Part shown: in pieces, positions 17,267 through 27,988 of the stretch
Layout: the number at the start of each line of letters is the position of its first letter
Position numbering within the stretch: position 1 is the stretch's first letter
Assembly: GCA_041656935.1 (NCBI GenBank)
Contig: JBBACQ010000006.1
Location: 1 to 62,720 of the forward strand
Direction of reading: 5' to 3'
Length of the DNA: 62,720 nt
From: Patescibacteria group bacterium
GTDB lineage: Bacteria; Patescibacteriota; Patescibacteriia; Patescibacteriales; UBA12465
Notes under the pieces: model-generated
Database searches by the model: none
What the model was told of the DNA's origin: nothing
What the model saw: the letters and a program-made list of their open reading frames with translations, nothing else
Program-made: the position numbers and the translations under genes

Positions 17267-18643
17267 ATGTTAAGCACTAAAATAAGACAATTTCTATTAT
17301 TTTTGGTAGATGGGGCTCTTTTGGTTCTGTCTTTAAATATGGCTCTGACCTTAAGATATTTAGGGACCCCTAATAAAGAATTATGGACTGAACATTTAAG
17401 GTTTTTTATCCCGGCTTTTGTTTTATGGCTACTTATATTCTATATTAATAGTTTATACGATTTTAGAAAATTTATCAACCAAAGTAAGCTTATTGAGCAA
17501 ACTACTAAAAGTATTATCATTGCTTTCGCTATTACTATTATAATGTTTTATCTTATTCCAGGCCGTGATATTAGCCCTAAAACTAATTTAATAATATTTA
17601 CTGCTATTTATTATGTCTTATTCTTATTATGGCGCTTAAGCTTTTCAATCCTAAGTAAAAGGTATTTACCAACCATCAACGTCGCTATAATCGGCTATAA
17701 TGAGATAATTAGAAAAACTATTACCACTATTAAAAGAAATCAGCAATTAGGTTATAAAATAAAGTTTATTCTAAGTGAAAAAAATCATGTTCTAGTGGAG
17801 GTAGCTGAACACTACGAGCTTCAAATAATAGAAGATGCTAACCAATTAGCTCGAGCCATAAAAGAACATAAGATAAATGTTTTAATACTGGAAAAGGATA
17901 TTGGAGAAATGAAAGAATTACAGAAAACTTTATTTAATTTATTGCCCACTGGAATTAATTATTCTAATTTAACCAAGTTTTATGAAGAAATTAGTGGACA
18001 AATACCAATAGAAATACTTAGCAAGGGTTGGTTTTTAGAAAATCTAAATTTAGGCACTAAAAGAAATTTTGAAAGAATAAAAAGATTATATGATTTCTTT
18101 TTTTCAACTATATTTCTGGCCATAACCCTTCCCTTCTGGCCTCTTATAATTCTTGCTATTAGAATTGATAGCCAGGGGCCCGCTATTTTTAAACAAACTA
18201 GAACCGGAAAAAATGGTAAAAATTTTTATTTACTGAAATTCCGTACCATGAGAACTGAAAAAAATAATCAAAAACCAACCTCTGAAAACGATGAAAGAAT
18301 AACTAAGGTCGGTAAAATTATGCGTCAATCTCGTTTAGACGAGGTTCCTCAGCTCTTTAACGTTCTAAAGGGTGAAATGAGCTTTGTGGGTCCGAGACCC
18401 GAAAGACCCAGTCTTATTAAAGAATTATCCCGCAATATTCCCTTTTATAATATTAGGAACTTAGTGAAACCGGGAATAACTGGCTGGGACCAAATTTCGG
18501 GTGAATATCACTCCCCCTCTATTTCTGATACTTACAAGAAATTGCAGTATGATTTGTTCTATATAAAAAATAGATCTATTTATTTAGATCTAAGTATTAT
18601 TTTAAAAACTATTAGGGCGATAATTGGCCGAGAAGGAAGATAA
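17267..18643 (+). CDS. Second polyprenyl phosphoglycosyl transferase (WcaJ/GumD-like)
   Basis: N-terminal TMs; KFRTM, DERITKVGKIMRQSRLDEVPQL, SFVGPRPERP, KPGITGWDQI, YDLFYI. Confidence 0.92.
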   Translation: MLSTKIRQFLLFLVDGALLVLSLNMALTLRYLGTPNKELWTEHLRFFIPAFVLWLLIFYINSLYDFRKFINQSKLIEQTTKSIIIAFAITIIMFYLIPGRDISPKTNLIIFTAIYYVLFLLWRLSFSILSKRYLPTINVAIIGYNEIIRKTITTIKRNQQLGYKIKFILSEKNHVLVEVAEHYELQIIEDANQLARAIKEHKINVLILEKDIGEMKELQKTLFNLLPTGINYSNLTKFYEEISGQIPIEILSKGWFLENLNLGTKRNFERIKRLYDFFFSTIFLAITLPFWPLIILAIRIDSQGPAIFKQTRTGKNGKNFYLLKFRTMRTEKNNQKPTSENDERITKVGKIMRQSRLDEVPQLFNVLKGEMSFVGPRPERPSLIKELSRNIPFYNIRNLVKPGITGWDQISGEYHSPSISDTYKKLQYDLFYIKNRSIYLDLSIILKTIRAIIGREGR

Positions 18644-18659
18644 GGATAATTAAAAAAGA

Positions 18660-19649
18660 ATGGAAAAAAATACTAAAAGAAAAATATTAAAGACAATCCT
18701 AATAACCGGTTCAGCCGGTTTTATAGGTTTTCACCTAGCTAAAAGACTTCTAGAAAAGGGCTATAAAATTATTGGGATAGATAATCTTAATAATAGTTAT
18801 GCTGTAAAAATAAAAAAAGATAGAAATGATATTTTAAAAAACTATGAAAATTTTGATTTTTACAAAATAAATATTAATAATAAAAAAGAATTAAGGAAAA
18901 TTTTTAAAAATAATAAAATAGACCGAGTCTGCCACTTGGCCGCTCAAACCGGAGTAAGAAATTCTTTCAAAAATCATCTAAAATATCAAAAAAATAACAT
19001 CGAAGCTTTTATAAACATCATGGAATGTCTAAAGGATTTCAAAATTAATAATTTTATATACGCTTCCAGCTCATCAGTTTATGGTAATAATAAAATGAAG
19101 AAAGATGGGTTTAGAGAAAATGAAAAGATTGATCACCCTTTATCTTTTTATGCTTTTACTAAAAAAACTAATGAGTTAATCGCCCGTAATTATCAAAAAA
19201 AACACAACATAAAATGCACTGGGCTAAGATTTTTTACTGTTTACGGACCATATATGAGACCCGATATGGCTATATATAATTTTGTTAAAAATATAATTAA
19301 AAATAAAAAAATTAATATTTACAATTACGGGGAAATTTTTAGAGACTTCACCTATGTTGATGATATTGTCAACGGCATAATAAAAACATTACAGAATAAA
19401 AATCCTTATGAAATAATTAATTTAGGCAGTTCTAGAATGATTAAGATAAAATATTTAATCGAAGTAATTGAAAAAGAATTGGGAAAAAAAGCTAAGCAAA
19501 AACTAATGACCATGCAACCGGGCGACGCTCTAAAAACAAAGGCTAATATAGAAAGAGCTAAAGAAATTTTAAAGTTTTTACCTAAGACCAATATAGAAAA
19601 AGGAATAAAAAAGTTTGTTAAATGGTATAAAGAATATAATAAAGAATAA
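18660..19649 (+). CDS. NAD-dependent epimerase, UDP-glucuronate 4-epimerase-like
   Basis: TGSAGFIGFH, HLAAQTGVR, YASSSSVYG, YAFTKK (YxxxK), LRFFTVYGP.MRPDMA, QPGD. Confidence 0.88.
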   Translation: MEKNTKRKILKTILITGSAGFIGFHLAKRLLEKGYKIIGIDNLNNSYAVKIKKDRNDILKNYENFDFYKININNKKELRKIFKNNKIDRVCHLAAQTGVRNSFKNHLKYQKNNIEAFINIMECLKDFKINNFIYASSSSVYGNNKMKKDGFRENEKIDHPLSFYAFTKKTNELIARNYQKKHNIKCTGLRFFTVYGPYMRPDMAIYNFVKNIIKNKKINIYNYGEIFRDFTYVDDIVNGIIKTLQNKNPYEIINLGSSRMIKIKYLIEVIEKELGKKAKQKLMTMQPGDALKTKANIERAKEILKFLPKTNIEKGIKKFVKWYKEYNKE

Positions 19650-19654
19650 AAAAC

Positions 19655-20422
19655 TTAATATATTTTAATGGTCTTAAAAAATTGATTTACTTTGCAAAAT
19701 AATCTTCTTAATATAAAAAATCTAGGAATAACTAAACTATTTATTTTCCAAGACTCTTTTAATTCTCGCCAACCTCTTATTCTATTAAAAATATCTTTTC
19801 CACTGGAACCACCAGCTCGCATTTTAACTAAAACCTGAGGTAAATAATAGGTTTTTATTTTATCTATTTTTAATAATCTCAATATCAATTCGTAATCAGA
19901 GGCCAACGCCAAAGAGGTATTATATTTATTTTTTTTATAGATTTCACTTCGAAGAAAAAAAGTTGGATGAGGAATAGTCCACCCCCAATTTAATTTTTCC
20001 TCTTGATATTCCCCACTTATCCAATGTCTAATATTTTTATTTACATCTTTTCTCTTTACATAAATTAAATCGCCATAAACAGCCTGAATTTCTTCTCTTT
20101 CCTCAAAAATACGACTAACTTTGGCTAAAACTTCATTATCAATATAAAAATCATCAGAATTAAGTATAGTGATAATATCACCAGAAGCCAAACTAATGCC
20201 CTTATTCATAGCCTCATAAATTCCAGAATCTTTTTCGGAAATTATTTTGATATAAGGGAATTTTTCCTGATATTCTCTAGCTATTTTAAGAGTATCGTCC
20301 TTGGATAGGCCGTTAATTATTAAATGCTCAAGATTTTGATGGCTTTGCTGGCTAATGCTTTCTAGGGTGTCCTGGAGGGTTTTAGCGCTATTGTAAGTTG
20401 GGGTTATGATTGATATTTTCAT
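19655..20422 (-). CDS. Glycosyltransferase family 2 (WcaE-like)
   Basis: SIITPTYNS, EKDSGIYEAMNKG, LNSDD, HPTFF, SDYE, MRAGG.S. Confidence 0.9.
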   Translation of the reverse strand: MKISIITPTYNSAKTLQDTLESISQQSHQNLEHLIINGLSKDDTLKIAREYQEKFPYIKIISEKDSGIYEAMNKGISLASGDIITILNSDDFYIDNEVLAKVSRIFEEREEIQAVYGDLIYVKRKDVNKNIRHWISGEYQEEKLNWGWTIPHPTFFLRSEIYKKNKYNTSLALASDYELILRLLKIDKIKTYYLPQVLVKMRAGGSSGKDIFNRIRGWRELKESWKINSLVIPRFFILRRLFCKVNQFFKTIKIY

Positions 20423-21567
20423 AAATCTCCATCTATTATTTTTTTATAAATATTAATTTGGTTTTTTAATACTGTGTTTTCTGAATAATTTTGTGCAAAA
20501 TTTCTAGCATTAAAACTTAAATTCTCATAATTTTCAAAATCATAAATTCTTTCTATTGTTTCTTTTAATTTTTCTGGTTTTATTAAAAAGCCATTAAATT
20601 CATTTTTTATAAATTCCCTTCTAGGACCAATATCAAAACCAACAACTGGAACGCCAAGGGACATTGCCTCTATAATAGTTAATCCAAAAGTCTCATACCA
20701 CATAGAGGGAAAAATTAAATACTTAGAGTTTGAGATATAATTAAGAGTCTCCTTATTATTCAATTTTCCTAAAAAAACTATATTATCTTGAGTAAAATTA
20801 TCTCGACTATTACTCAAATCCCCTTCTCCGATAAATCTCAAAACATATTTATTATCTAATTTTTTCCATGTTTCTAAAAGTTTTAAAACCCCCTTACTTT
20901 CATCGAGTTTCCCGACATAAATAAAATCTTTTTTTTCTTTGTTTTCAACAATATCAATTTTAATAAAATTGGGTTTTAAAACAATCTTATCTAAGTTGAC
21001 TCCCATTTCTAAAACTTTATTCTTCTGAAATTCAGTTAAAACAAAAAAGATGTCTATATATTTAAAGGCTCTTTTTGTTTTATAAAAAAATATGGCGAGA
21101 GCAGTTAATAAGCTCTGAAAAAATGAACCACGATAACATTTATAAATAATCCCAGGATATTGTAATTTTTTCTTAGAACAAATTTCACATATTCCATATT
21201 TTTTTCTGTAAAATATACCTGATAAACACCACCATCTAAAATTGTGTAAAGTTTGTACAGTTTTTGCTCCAGCTTTTTTGGAGGCCTTAAAAATACTGGA
21301 CGTTAATAAGGGATAAAAATTATGAACATGAACTAAATCAATTTTATTTTTTCTAACTATTTTATAAATATTTTTATAATGCTTTCTAGAAAACCAAATA
21401 GAAAAAATAATGCTAATCTTATTAATATTATCATTAGAGACTGAATACTCAAAAACATTTTCTGACCCAAGTTCTCTTTTTAGGGCTTTCAATTCTCTGC
21501 CAAAAACAACATCTTCTCCTCCGATATACTTACTTTTGTATTTGTTATGAATTATTAATAATCTCAT
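20419..21567 (-). CDS. Glycosyltransferase family 4
   Basis: GGEDVV, HVHN, QTLHNFR, PSMWYETFGLTIIEAM; ATGA overlap with the next gene. Confidence 0.9.
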   Translation of the reverse strand: MRLLIIHNKYKSKYIGGEDVVFGRELKALKRELGSENVFEYSVSNDNINKISIIFSIWFSRKHYKNIYKIVRKNKIDLVHVHNFYPLLTSSIFKASKKAGAKTVQTLHNFRWWCLSGIFYRKKYGICEICSKKKLQYPGIIYKCYRGSFFQSLLTALAIFFYKTKRAFKYIDIFFVLTEFQKNKVLEMGVNLDKIVLKPNFIKIDIVENKEKKDFIYVGKLDESKGVLKLLETWKKLDNKYVLRFIGEGDLSNSRDNFTQDNIVFLGKLNNKETLNYISNSKYLIFPSMWYETFGLTIIEAMSLGVPVVGFDIGPRREFIKNEFNGFLIKPEKLKETIERIYDFENYENLSFNARNFAQNYSENTVLKNQINIYKKIIDGDL

Positions 21568-21576
21568 ATTTTTATT

Positions 21577-22380
21577 TTAAGGATGAGCAGATATAAAGCA
21601 TCGACCATCAGATTCCTCTTTTAATATTTTGATTTTATAGTTTATGTTGAATAAAATTTCACATAACTGATGCATATTAAAAATAGAATGAACTTCAATA
21701 AGTAAAATAGGTTTATATTTTAATAATGTTTGCATTCCGCCTCTTAAAGCTAAAAATTCAGCTCCCTCTATATCAATCTTAATAATGTCAGGTTTATCGG
21801 AGATACCTATCAAATGTAAAGAGTCTAAATTTATTGTCTTTACTTTAGATCTTTTAAATCCCATACTATTTTCGTATATTTTTTTTTCAAAAAAAGTATG
21901 AGATTTTTCAATAAAACTACCGCTACTTTTACTACTATCAACATTACTATTAAAAATAAATGCGTCCTCCCCAACTTTATCGGATATAGCAATTTCATAT
22001 ATCTTTATAATCTCACCCAATTCTTTATTTTTTTTTAATATTAGCTCAAATCTTTTTTTATTGAAAATACTAGGTTCGAAGGAAAAAACCTTTCCCATGG
22101 GACCAACTAATTTTGCAAATAACATTGAGCTATATCCAATATGAGCTCCGACATCATAAATTGTTTTTCCAATTATACTATTTTTTTTAAAATAATCAGC
22201 AAAAAAATCATCGTAATTTCCACTTATCATCTCTCGCCAAATCCCAGTATTACTAATAAATAATTTATTATTTAACAAAACGCCTCTTTTAATTGTGTGC
22301 CACTTAGGTCTATAAACTATTCTGTAAACGAGATTAACAAATATGTTGTAAATAATTGTTTTTTTTATATTTTTTAACAT
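21577..22380 (-). CDS. FkbM-family SAM methyltransferase
   Basis: YDVGAHIG.SS, FSFEP, IKIDIEGAEFLALRG, LLIEVH. Confidence 0.9.
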   Translation of the reverse strand: MLKNIKKTIIYNIFVNLVYRIVYRPKWHTIKRGVLLNNKLFISNTGIWREMISGNYDDFFADYFKKNSIIGKTIYDVGAHIGYSSMLFAKLVGPMGKVFSFEPSIFNKKRFELILKKNKELGEIIKIYEIAISDKVGEDAFIFNSNVDSSKSSGSFIEKSHTFFEKKIYENSMGFKRSKVKTINLDSLHLIGISDKPDIIKIDIEGAEFLALRGGMQTLLKYKPILLIEVHSIFNMHQLCEILFNINYKIKILKEESDGRCFISAHP

Positions 22381-22442
22381 AGAAATAAAGTTTTAATTTT
22401 TTAAAATTTTTTATAAACTTACTAATATAGTTAAACTATTTT

Positions 22443-23393
22443 TTATTTCTTTCTATACAATAGTCCCCAATTAACCAAAACCAATAGAACAAAAGTATAA
22501 ACATTTTTTATAATACCTCTCTTTAAAAAAAGTGCTACCTCCTCATCTCTTTCTGGATTTTCCTTAATCTCAGCAGGAAGCTCATAATTAATATCTCCAC
22601 TATATATTTTCTGCTCTTCGTAATTTTTATTCTTTTGCTTTTTTCTACAATTAATTCCACTACCATCGTGCCCCATATTTTTCGTCCGGCTTATAATAGG
22701 AAAAACCGAATAAGTCTTATTTAAAAACTGAAAAAGAGAAATGTAACCATCAGTATCAAGATGGTTTTTCTTTAACATATAGATTAAATTTAGAATTAAA
22801 TTATTACTAACCTTATGATATCTAAAAACTTCTTTATAATTTTTTAAAAAAGATCTAATTTCTCCTAAGGCCCTAGTTCTATTTCTAAGTATTAACATTT
22901 CCCGCTTATCTCTCCAAACTCCGGTCCCCCAAGCTCTAAAATAGACACTTTTATAAAACTGCTCCGTATATTTTTCTGGATTTTGAAGGGGGGTATTATA
23001 TCCACAAATAAAATTAATGTCATCTCGCTCTTCATAAAGGGTTAAAGCCTGATTCATAAAATATAAAAAGTCTCTAGAAAAAACATTATCATCTTCTGAC
23101 CTAATTACGCGGTCATACTTTTTGAAAACCTCTTCGTAGGCCAAAATAGCATTGTTTTTTGAACCTAAATTTACACATCTAATAAAAAGAGTAACTTCTT
23201 TAAAGCCAGAAATTTGTTTAGCATATTCAATCACCTCACTATTAGGAAGTTCGTCTTCGGGACGATAAGGAGCATCTATGGCCACAAAAAGATGAGTTTG
23301 CGAGGCTAGCTCATTTTCCTTTAAAGATTCGACGCAATTTCTAAAATGCTTGGGGCGATTATAGACTGATAATAAAACCGGGGCTATTTGCAT
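22443..23393 (-). CDS. GT-A fold sugar transferase
   Basis: APVLLSVYNRP.H, IRSEDD, WGTGVW, SRTKNMGHDGSG. Confidence 0.8.
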   Translation of the reverse strand: MQIAPVLLSVYNRPKHFRNCVESLKENELASQTHLFVAIDAPYRPEDELPNSEVIEYAKQISGFKEVTLFIRCVNLGSKNNAILAYEEVFKKYDRVIRSEDDNVFSRDFLYFMNQALTLYEERDDINFICGYNTPLQNPEKYTEQFYKSVYFRAWGTGVWRDKREMLILRNRTRALGEIRSFLKNYKEVFRYHKVSNNLILNLIYMLKKNHLDTDGYISLFQFLNKTYSVFPIISRTKNMGHDGSGINCRKKQKNKNYEEQKIYSGDINYELPAEIKENPERDEEVALFLKRGIIKNVYTFVLLVLVNWGLLYRKK

Positions 23394-23423
23394 ATATTTA
23401 TATAATTAATTAATATTATTTTT

Positions 23424-24563
23424 TTATAAAAACATTTTTAATAAATTGGACTCATCTTTAACAACCCCGTAAACCTTAGCTCGACAAATAATTTTATAAG
23501 CCCAGGAACTATGAGGACTAATTTCATTCATCTTATTCTTACTCTCACTTTTTATTACCCCGCCCGAAGTTTTTAATATTTGTAAGGCATCTCGATATTC
23601 TTCCTCTAAGACTACTTGCATACCATTAACATACTTAATATGAGAAGGATGAATAATAGTTTTGCCGATAAAACCATTAGCCTTGTCCAAAACTATTTCT
23701 CTTAATAAACCATCTATAATATCATTTACTAAGAAATCTCTCTTAAGAAGTGATCTTTGAATCCCGCCTCTAATTTCTTCTATAGATTTAGTCTCTTTGG
23801 GAGTTAAAAAATATTCCCAAACTGGGGCTGATATTACATAATCTTGGCCTCTTCTTCCAAAAATATTTATAATATCACTTAAGCAATCCTTAACTGTAAA
23901 AATATCATAGATAGAATAATCGACCCCCCGCCTAACACCGAAAACAGAGGAAAAATCGGTTGTTCCGACCCTAATATTCAAAATATATTTTTTATAAGGT
24001 TCTAATATTTTTTTTATTTTAATTAATTCCTTAACTCTTCCCTCTTTAAAGGCTATTTTTTGGCTTTCCAAAATGGGCATTCCATAAATTATTTCTTTTT
24101 TGTCTTTGTTTAAAAAATCTAAATGCTTTAAATAAGATTTACCATTAAGGCTAGTAAACTTAGGGAAAACAAACCCCGAAATAAATTTTAAAAAATCTAA
24201 TTCTATCTTTTTTGAAAAATTTTTAAATTGTTCAACATTTCTTACTCTTAAAAATATAAGAGGAATATCATCGTAAGATATTTTCTTTAATTCTAATAGT
24301 TGAGAAAGTTTTTTAAATAAATTTAAAACATTTTTTTCTCCTTCTGCTAAATCTTTCTCTTCAATAGCATTTTCAAAACACATTACAATAGAGGTTAAAC
24401 CAAGGATCTTTTTCTCTATTATTGAATCCAAAATATCCTTAGTTGCTGGCATATACAAAGTTGCCCCTAGACAATACTGTAATAATTTCTTATCGGAATA
24501 TTTATCAAAATTTATTGGCTCTTCAATAAATTCTATGTTCTTTATATGAGCATGAAGTTTCAT
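23424..24563 (-). CDS. HpcH/HpaI aldolase / CitE citrate-lyase-family protein (Ter-operon-associated subtype)
   Basis: LGATLYMPA, MCFENAI, FLRVRN, FVFPKF, MPILES, NIRVG.TD, ISAPVWEY, GKTIIHPSH. Likely start at 24563. Confidence 0.8.
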   Translation of the reverse strand: MKLHAHIKNIEFIEEPINFDKYSDKKLLQYCLGATLYMPATKDILDSIIEKKILGLTSIVMCFENAIEEKDLAEGEKNVLNLFKKLSQLLELKKISYDDIPLIFLRVRNVEQFKNFSKKIELDFLKFISGFVFPKFTSLNGKSYLKHLDFLNKDKKEIIYGMPILESQKIAFKEGRVKELIKIKKILEPYKKYILNIRVGTTDFSSVFGVRRGVDYSIYDIFTVKDCLSDIINIFGRRGQDYVISAPVWEYFLTPKETKSIEEIRGGIQRSLLKRDFLVNDIIDGLLREIVLDKANGFIGKTIIHPSHIKYVNGMQVVLEEEYRDALQILKTSGGVIKSESKNKMNEISPHSSWAYKIICRAKVYGVVKDESNLLKMFL

Positions 24564-24574
24564 AATATTATAAT

Positions 24575-25447
24575 TTATAAAAAACAACTAGCGACCCGAG
24601 GCTCAATGATACAACACGGCCTCAAAGAAACAATTCTTACACCGCTAGCTCTTTGTGGTCCAACACATAAAAAAGTAGCCAAAACAGTGTTTCCTCCAGA
24701 TAATCCTAGAGGACCAATATTGCTTTCATTTAGTCTTTTTGTTATTTCTTTCTCTATTTTATTTTGTTTATTAAATCTACCCCTAATCATAGCTTCTAAC
24801 ATTAAAGAATTAGCCTCGTAATGAGTCCGACCAATCCCAATAGCTAAAGTACAAGGGGTACAACCAAGCCTTTTAATTTCATCTTTAGAAAGAGTTATTA
24901 TTTCATCAATAATAATTGAAATCTTACGCTGATGAAAGACCCTTTTGGTCGTTGCCCTAATTTCTGGGCCCCCACCTTGCATTAAAATATTAATTTTAAG
25001 ACCATCTTTTTTCATCTTCTTAATTCCAATTGGGGCTAATTTTAAATCACTAGATTTATGATAAAGACCCTGAGACTGCTCTATTCTCTGAATATCATTT
25101 CCCCTAACTGCCATAGGCCGACCCGGCAATTCTTCTAACCCTTTAGAAATTCCCTTTTCTATATTTTCTAATAATCTATAATCAAATTTACTATTAGGAC
25201 CGACTTCTAATAAAATATGAGGAATACCAGTATCATCACATAGGGGGGTTTTGTTTTTTTTTGCTATTTTCTCATTCTCTATAATACTTTCTAAAACCCA
25301 TTTTAATAAACCATTCTTTTCTTCCTTGACCCTATCTTTCAATAACTTTATCTTATCCGGACGAAAAGAAGAAGACGCCTTTATTAAAGTGTTTTTGATT
25401 TTTTCTATAACTAAATTATCATTTTTATTTTTCTCTGTTTTAAGCAT
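24575..25447 (-). CDS. Class I fumarate hydratase / tartrate dehydratase alpha subunit (Fe-S hydro-lyase)
   Basis: PLCDDTGIP, GGGPE, GCTPCTLAIGIG, N...IGPLGLSG..TVL, CC...R. Confidence 0.85.
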   Translation of the reverse strand: MLKTEKNKNDNLVIEKIKNTLIKASSSFRPDKIKLLKDRVKEEKNGLLKWVLESIIENEKIAKKNKTPLCDDTGIPHILLEVGPNSKFDYRLLENIEKGISKGLEELPGRPMAVRGNDIQRIEQSQGLYHKSSDLKLAPIGIKKMKKDGLKINILMQGGGPEIRATTKRVFHQRKISIIIDEIITLSKDEIKRLGCTPCTLAIGIGRTHYEANSLMLEAMIRGRFNKQNKIEKEITKRLNESNIGPLGLSGGNTVLATFLCVGPQRASGVRIVSLRPCCIIEPRVASCFL

Positions 25448-25462
25448 CTTTTTTTTATTATT

Positions 25463-25972
25463 TTAAGAAGAATAAATTGATTCACCATTGGCTATGGCTA
25501 CAATAATTGGTAATTTTTCGACTTTCAACAAGTGTAGAGCTTCCATTCCCTCTTCAGGAAAGGCTACTATTTTTTTCTCTAAAATCTTGCTAGAAAGTAA
25601 AGCTGAAATTGGTGGAACCACCGCATAAACTGAATTAAATTTTTTTAAAATTTTGACTGTTTTATCTCCAAGAGCTCCTTTCCCAAGATGAATTTTAACA
25701 CCCGCTCTAGAAAGATCAAAAAAACTAGATTCAATTTCTACTTTATTGCTAGAAGTTGGCCCTACCCCAGCAGAACTAACAGCGGTATGAAATATAACTG
25801 AACCGACTAAATTTACACCCTTTATATCTTTCTTTTTTTTTATTAAATCTACTATTTTAGGTAAAACTGAATCTCGACCAGCATAAATATAACCAGAAAT
25901 ATAAACGATATCTCGAACCGACATTTTTTTTATATCTAGATCAGAAATTGGTGTTGTTAAAATTAAAGACAT
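25463..25972 (-). CDS. Fe-S hydro-lyase beta subunit (fumarase/tartrate dehydratase C-terminal)
   Basis: LTTPIS, VYISG.IYAGRD, GPTSS, GKG, GMEAL, P.IVAI..G.SIY. Confidence 0.85.
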   Translation of the reverse strand: MSLILTTPISDLDIKKMSVRDIVYISGYIYAGRDSVLPKIVDLIKKKKDIKGVNLVGSVIFHTAVSSAGVGPTSSNKVEIESSFFDLSRAGVKIHLGKGALGDKTVKILKKFNSVYAVVPPISALLSSKILEKKIVAFPEEGMEALHLLKVEKLPIIVAIANGESIYSS

Positions 25973-25979
25973 AAAAAAA

Positions 25980-26729
25980 TTATAATTTTTTATAAATAGC
26001 TCTTAATTTCTCAATAGCTTGATCATCAATAACCGTGGAATAAATTAAATCTAAATTTTCTCTAATAATATCTTTAGGCCAGTCCCACCATTTTATTTCT
26101 TCTAGAATAGAAATGGTTTTATCATCAAACCTTTTTTTGATAGTTCTAGCCGGAACGCCCACAACAATAGAATAAGGCTCCACATCTTTTGTAACCACTG
26201 CTCCGGCCCCAATTACCGCTCCATTTCCTATTTTTAAATTTCTTAATATCGTAACATTAGACGAAATCAAAACATCATTCCCTATCAAACAAGGCTTCAT
26301 ATTTTTAAATGTTTTTTGGAGCTCTTTTTCTCTTTTCTCTTCTTGGTTTTCTGAATCTAACATATAGAATCTAGATAAAAGACTAGTTGTTAGTTTAGTG
26401 TAATCATGATTTCCTCCCCCGATTGAAACATTCCAACTTATTGAACAAAAATTACCAATATCCGCTGATCTAATTACTGTGTTCATGCCGGTATAAGTAT
26501 AATTACCGATTTTAGATCTCAATATATAATTTCTCCGATTTAAAGCTGAATTACTCTTAATAATGCTATCTTGAATAATTGTGTGGTTTCCGATACTAAC
26601 ATCTTTCTCTAGAAAACTGTTCTTTACCTCTGCCCCCTTATATATTTTAACATTTTCCTCAATGGTGCTATTTTCTACAACTACATCTTCGAAATTATTT
26701 AAATTATTTTTATCTTTTAAATTATCCAT
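25980..26729 (-). CDS. Left-handed beta-helix acyltransferase (CatB/Vat-like)
   Basis: Hexapeptide repeats; [54 protein letters not shown]. Confidence 0.9.
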   Translation of the reverse strand: MDNLKDKNNLNNFEDVVVENSTIEENVKIYKGAEVKNSFLEKDVSIGNHTIIQDSIIKSNSALNRRNYILRSKIGNYTYTGMNTVIRSADIGNFCSISWNVSIGGGNHDYTKLTTSLLSRFYMLDSENQEEKREKELQKTFKNMKPCLIGNDVLISSNVTILRNLKIGNGAVIGAGAVVTKDVEPYSIVVGVPARTIKKRFDDKTISILEEIKWWDWPKDIIRENLDLIYSTVIDDQAIEKLRAIYKKL

Positions 26730-26730
26730 A

Positions 26731-27987
26731 TTATTTCTTTTCTAAATTATAAATATCCTTTATCATAATAGGTTCGTTTTTAATGTTAAGAACCTCTAAT
26801 TTATTAATGGCTTCCCTAAATTTTAACCATAACCTGCTTTTATTTTTATCTTTTATAATAAAAGACCCAATTCTATTTTGTGATGAGAAATCTGAGCCAA
26901 TTTTCATTCCCTTCCCTTTATAAAAATAAATTTTTTCAATAATTTTATTTTTTTCTAGTTTTTTATAACCTAAAATCCTATTAAAAATTCCTGATCGAGC
27001 ATAAATCGTACCTATTAAAAAATAATTTTTATTATTCTTAATAGTTTTTTTATTTCTTTTATTAATTTTTAAATAGGAATCTACGGCTGTTTCTATAAAA
27101 TCGATCCCTGTTTTTAGTTTGATAACTTCGGAACTTATTCCCCCGCCCAATCTCGGGGAAAATTCAATAACATTAACTTTTTCATCTTTTATAATTAATT
27201 GGCAAAATAAAGGAGTGTTATTTAGGTTAAAAGAAATTACTATGTTATTAATTATTTCTAAAATTTCTTTTCTTGTTCTAGGTGAAACCTCAACTGGAGC
27301 CAAAGAACAATAACTCTGCATAACCGAGTCTCCTCTTTTATTAATTTTATTTTTTTTACTAATCAAGACTAAATTAACTTTAAAATTTTGGATTAAACAA
27401 TAAACCGAAAACTCATCGCCTTCTTTAAATTCCTCAATTATCGCTTTCTTAGTTCTACTCGCCTTAATTGCTAATTTTAAATATTTTTTAAGTTCAATTA
27501 GATTATTGGCCTTTCTAACACCCTTAGAGCCATTGTTATCCACTGGTTTCACTATAACGGGAAAATTTAAACCTGATTTTTTAAAGTTTAAAAGAGAAGT
27601 AAAAATAATGTATCTAGCAGTTGGAATATTATTTTCTATCATCTTTTTCTTCATTAAAGTTTTATCGGTAACTTCTTTTGCAATTTTATAACTATAGGGC
27701 GCTGGTAAACCTAGTTTTTCAGCTACATAACAAGCCGTTAAATTAGCTTGATCAACAGAAGTGCTTATCACTAAACTAGCTTTAACTTTTTTAGCGAATT
27801 CCAAGACCGCTTCTTTATCTAAAGTACTTTTTTCTATATGTTTATCAGCAAATTTTTTAGCTACTGGATTTTCTAAATAATCGACTAAAAAAACAAAGTA
27901 ACCTCTCTGCTGGAGAGATTTAATTAAGTTTATATGAGCATTGGTCCCACCTAAAACAATGGCAACTTTTTTTTTCTGACTTTCCAT
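26731..27987 (-). CDS. ATP-grasp ligase (carboxylate-amine ligase type), paralog B
   Basis: [39 protein letters not shown]. Confidence 0.88.
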   Translation of the reverse strand: MESQKKKVAIVLGGTNAHINLIKSLQQRGYFVFLVDYLENPVAKKFADKHIEKSTLDKEAVLEFAKKVKASLVISTSVDQANLTACYVAEKLGLPAPYSYKIAKEVTDKTLMKKKMIENNIPTARYIIFTSLLNFKKSGLNFPVIVKPVDNNGSKGVRKANNLIELKKYLKLAIKASRTKKAIIEEFKEGDEFSVYCLIQNFKVNLVLISKKNKINKRGDSVMQSYCSLAPVEVSPRTRKEILEIINNIVISFNLNNTPLFCQLIIKDEKVNVIEFSPRLGGGISSEVIKLKTGIDFIETAVDSYLKINKRNKKTIKNNKNYFLIGTIYARSGIFNRILGYKKLEKNKIIEKIYFYKGKGMKIGSDFSSQNRIGSFIIKDKNKSRLWLKFREAINKLEVLNIKNEPIMIKDIYNLEKK

Positions 27988-27988
27988 C

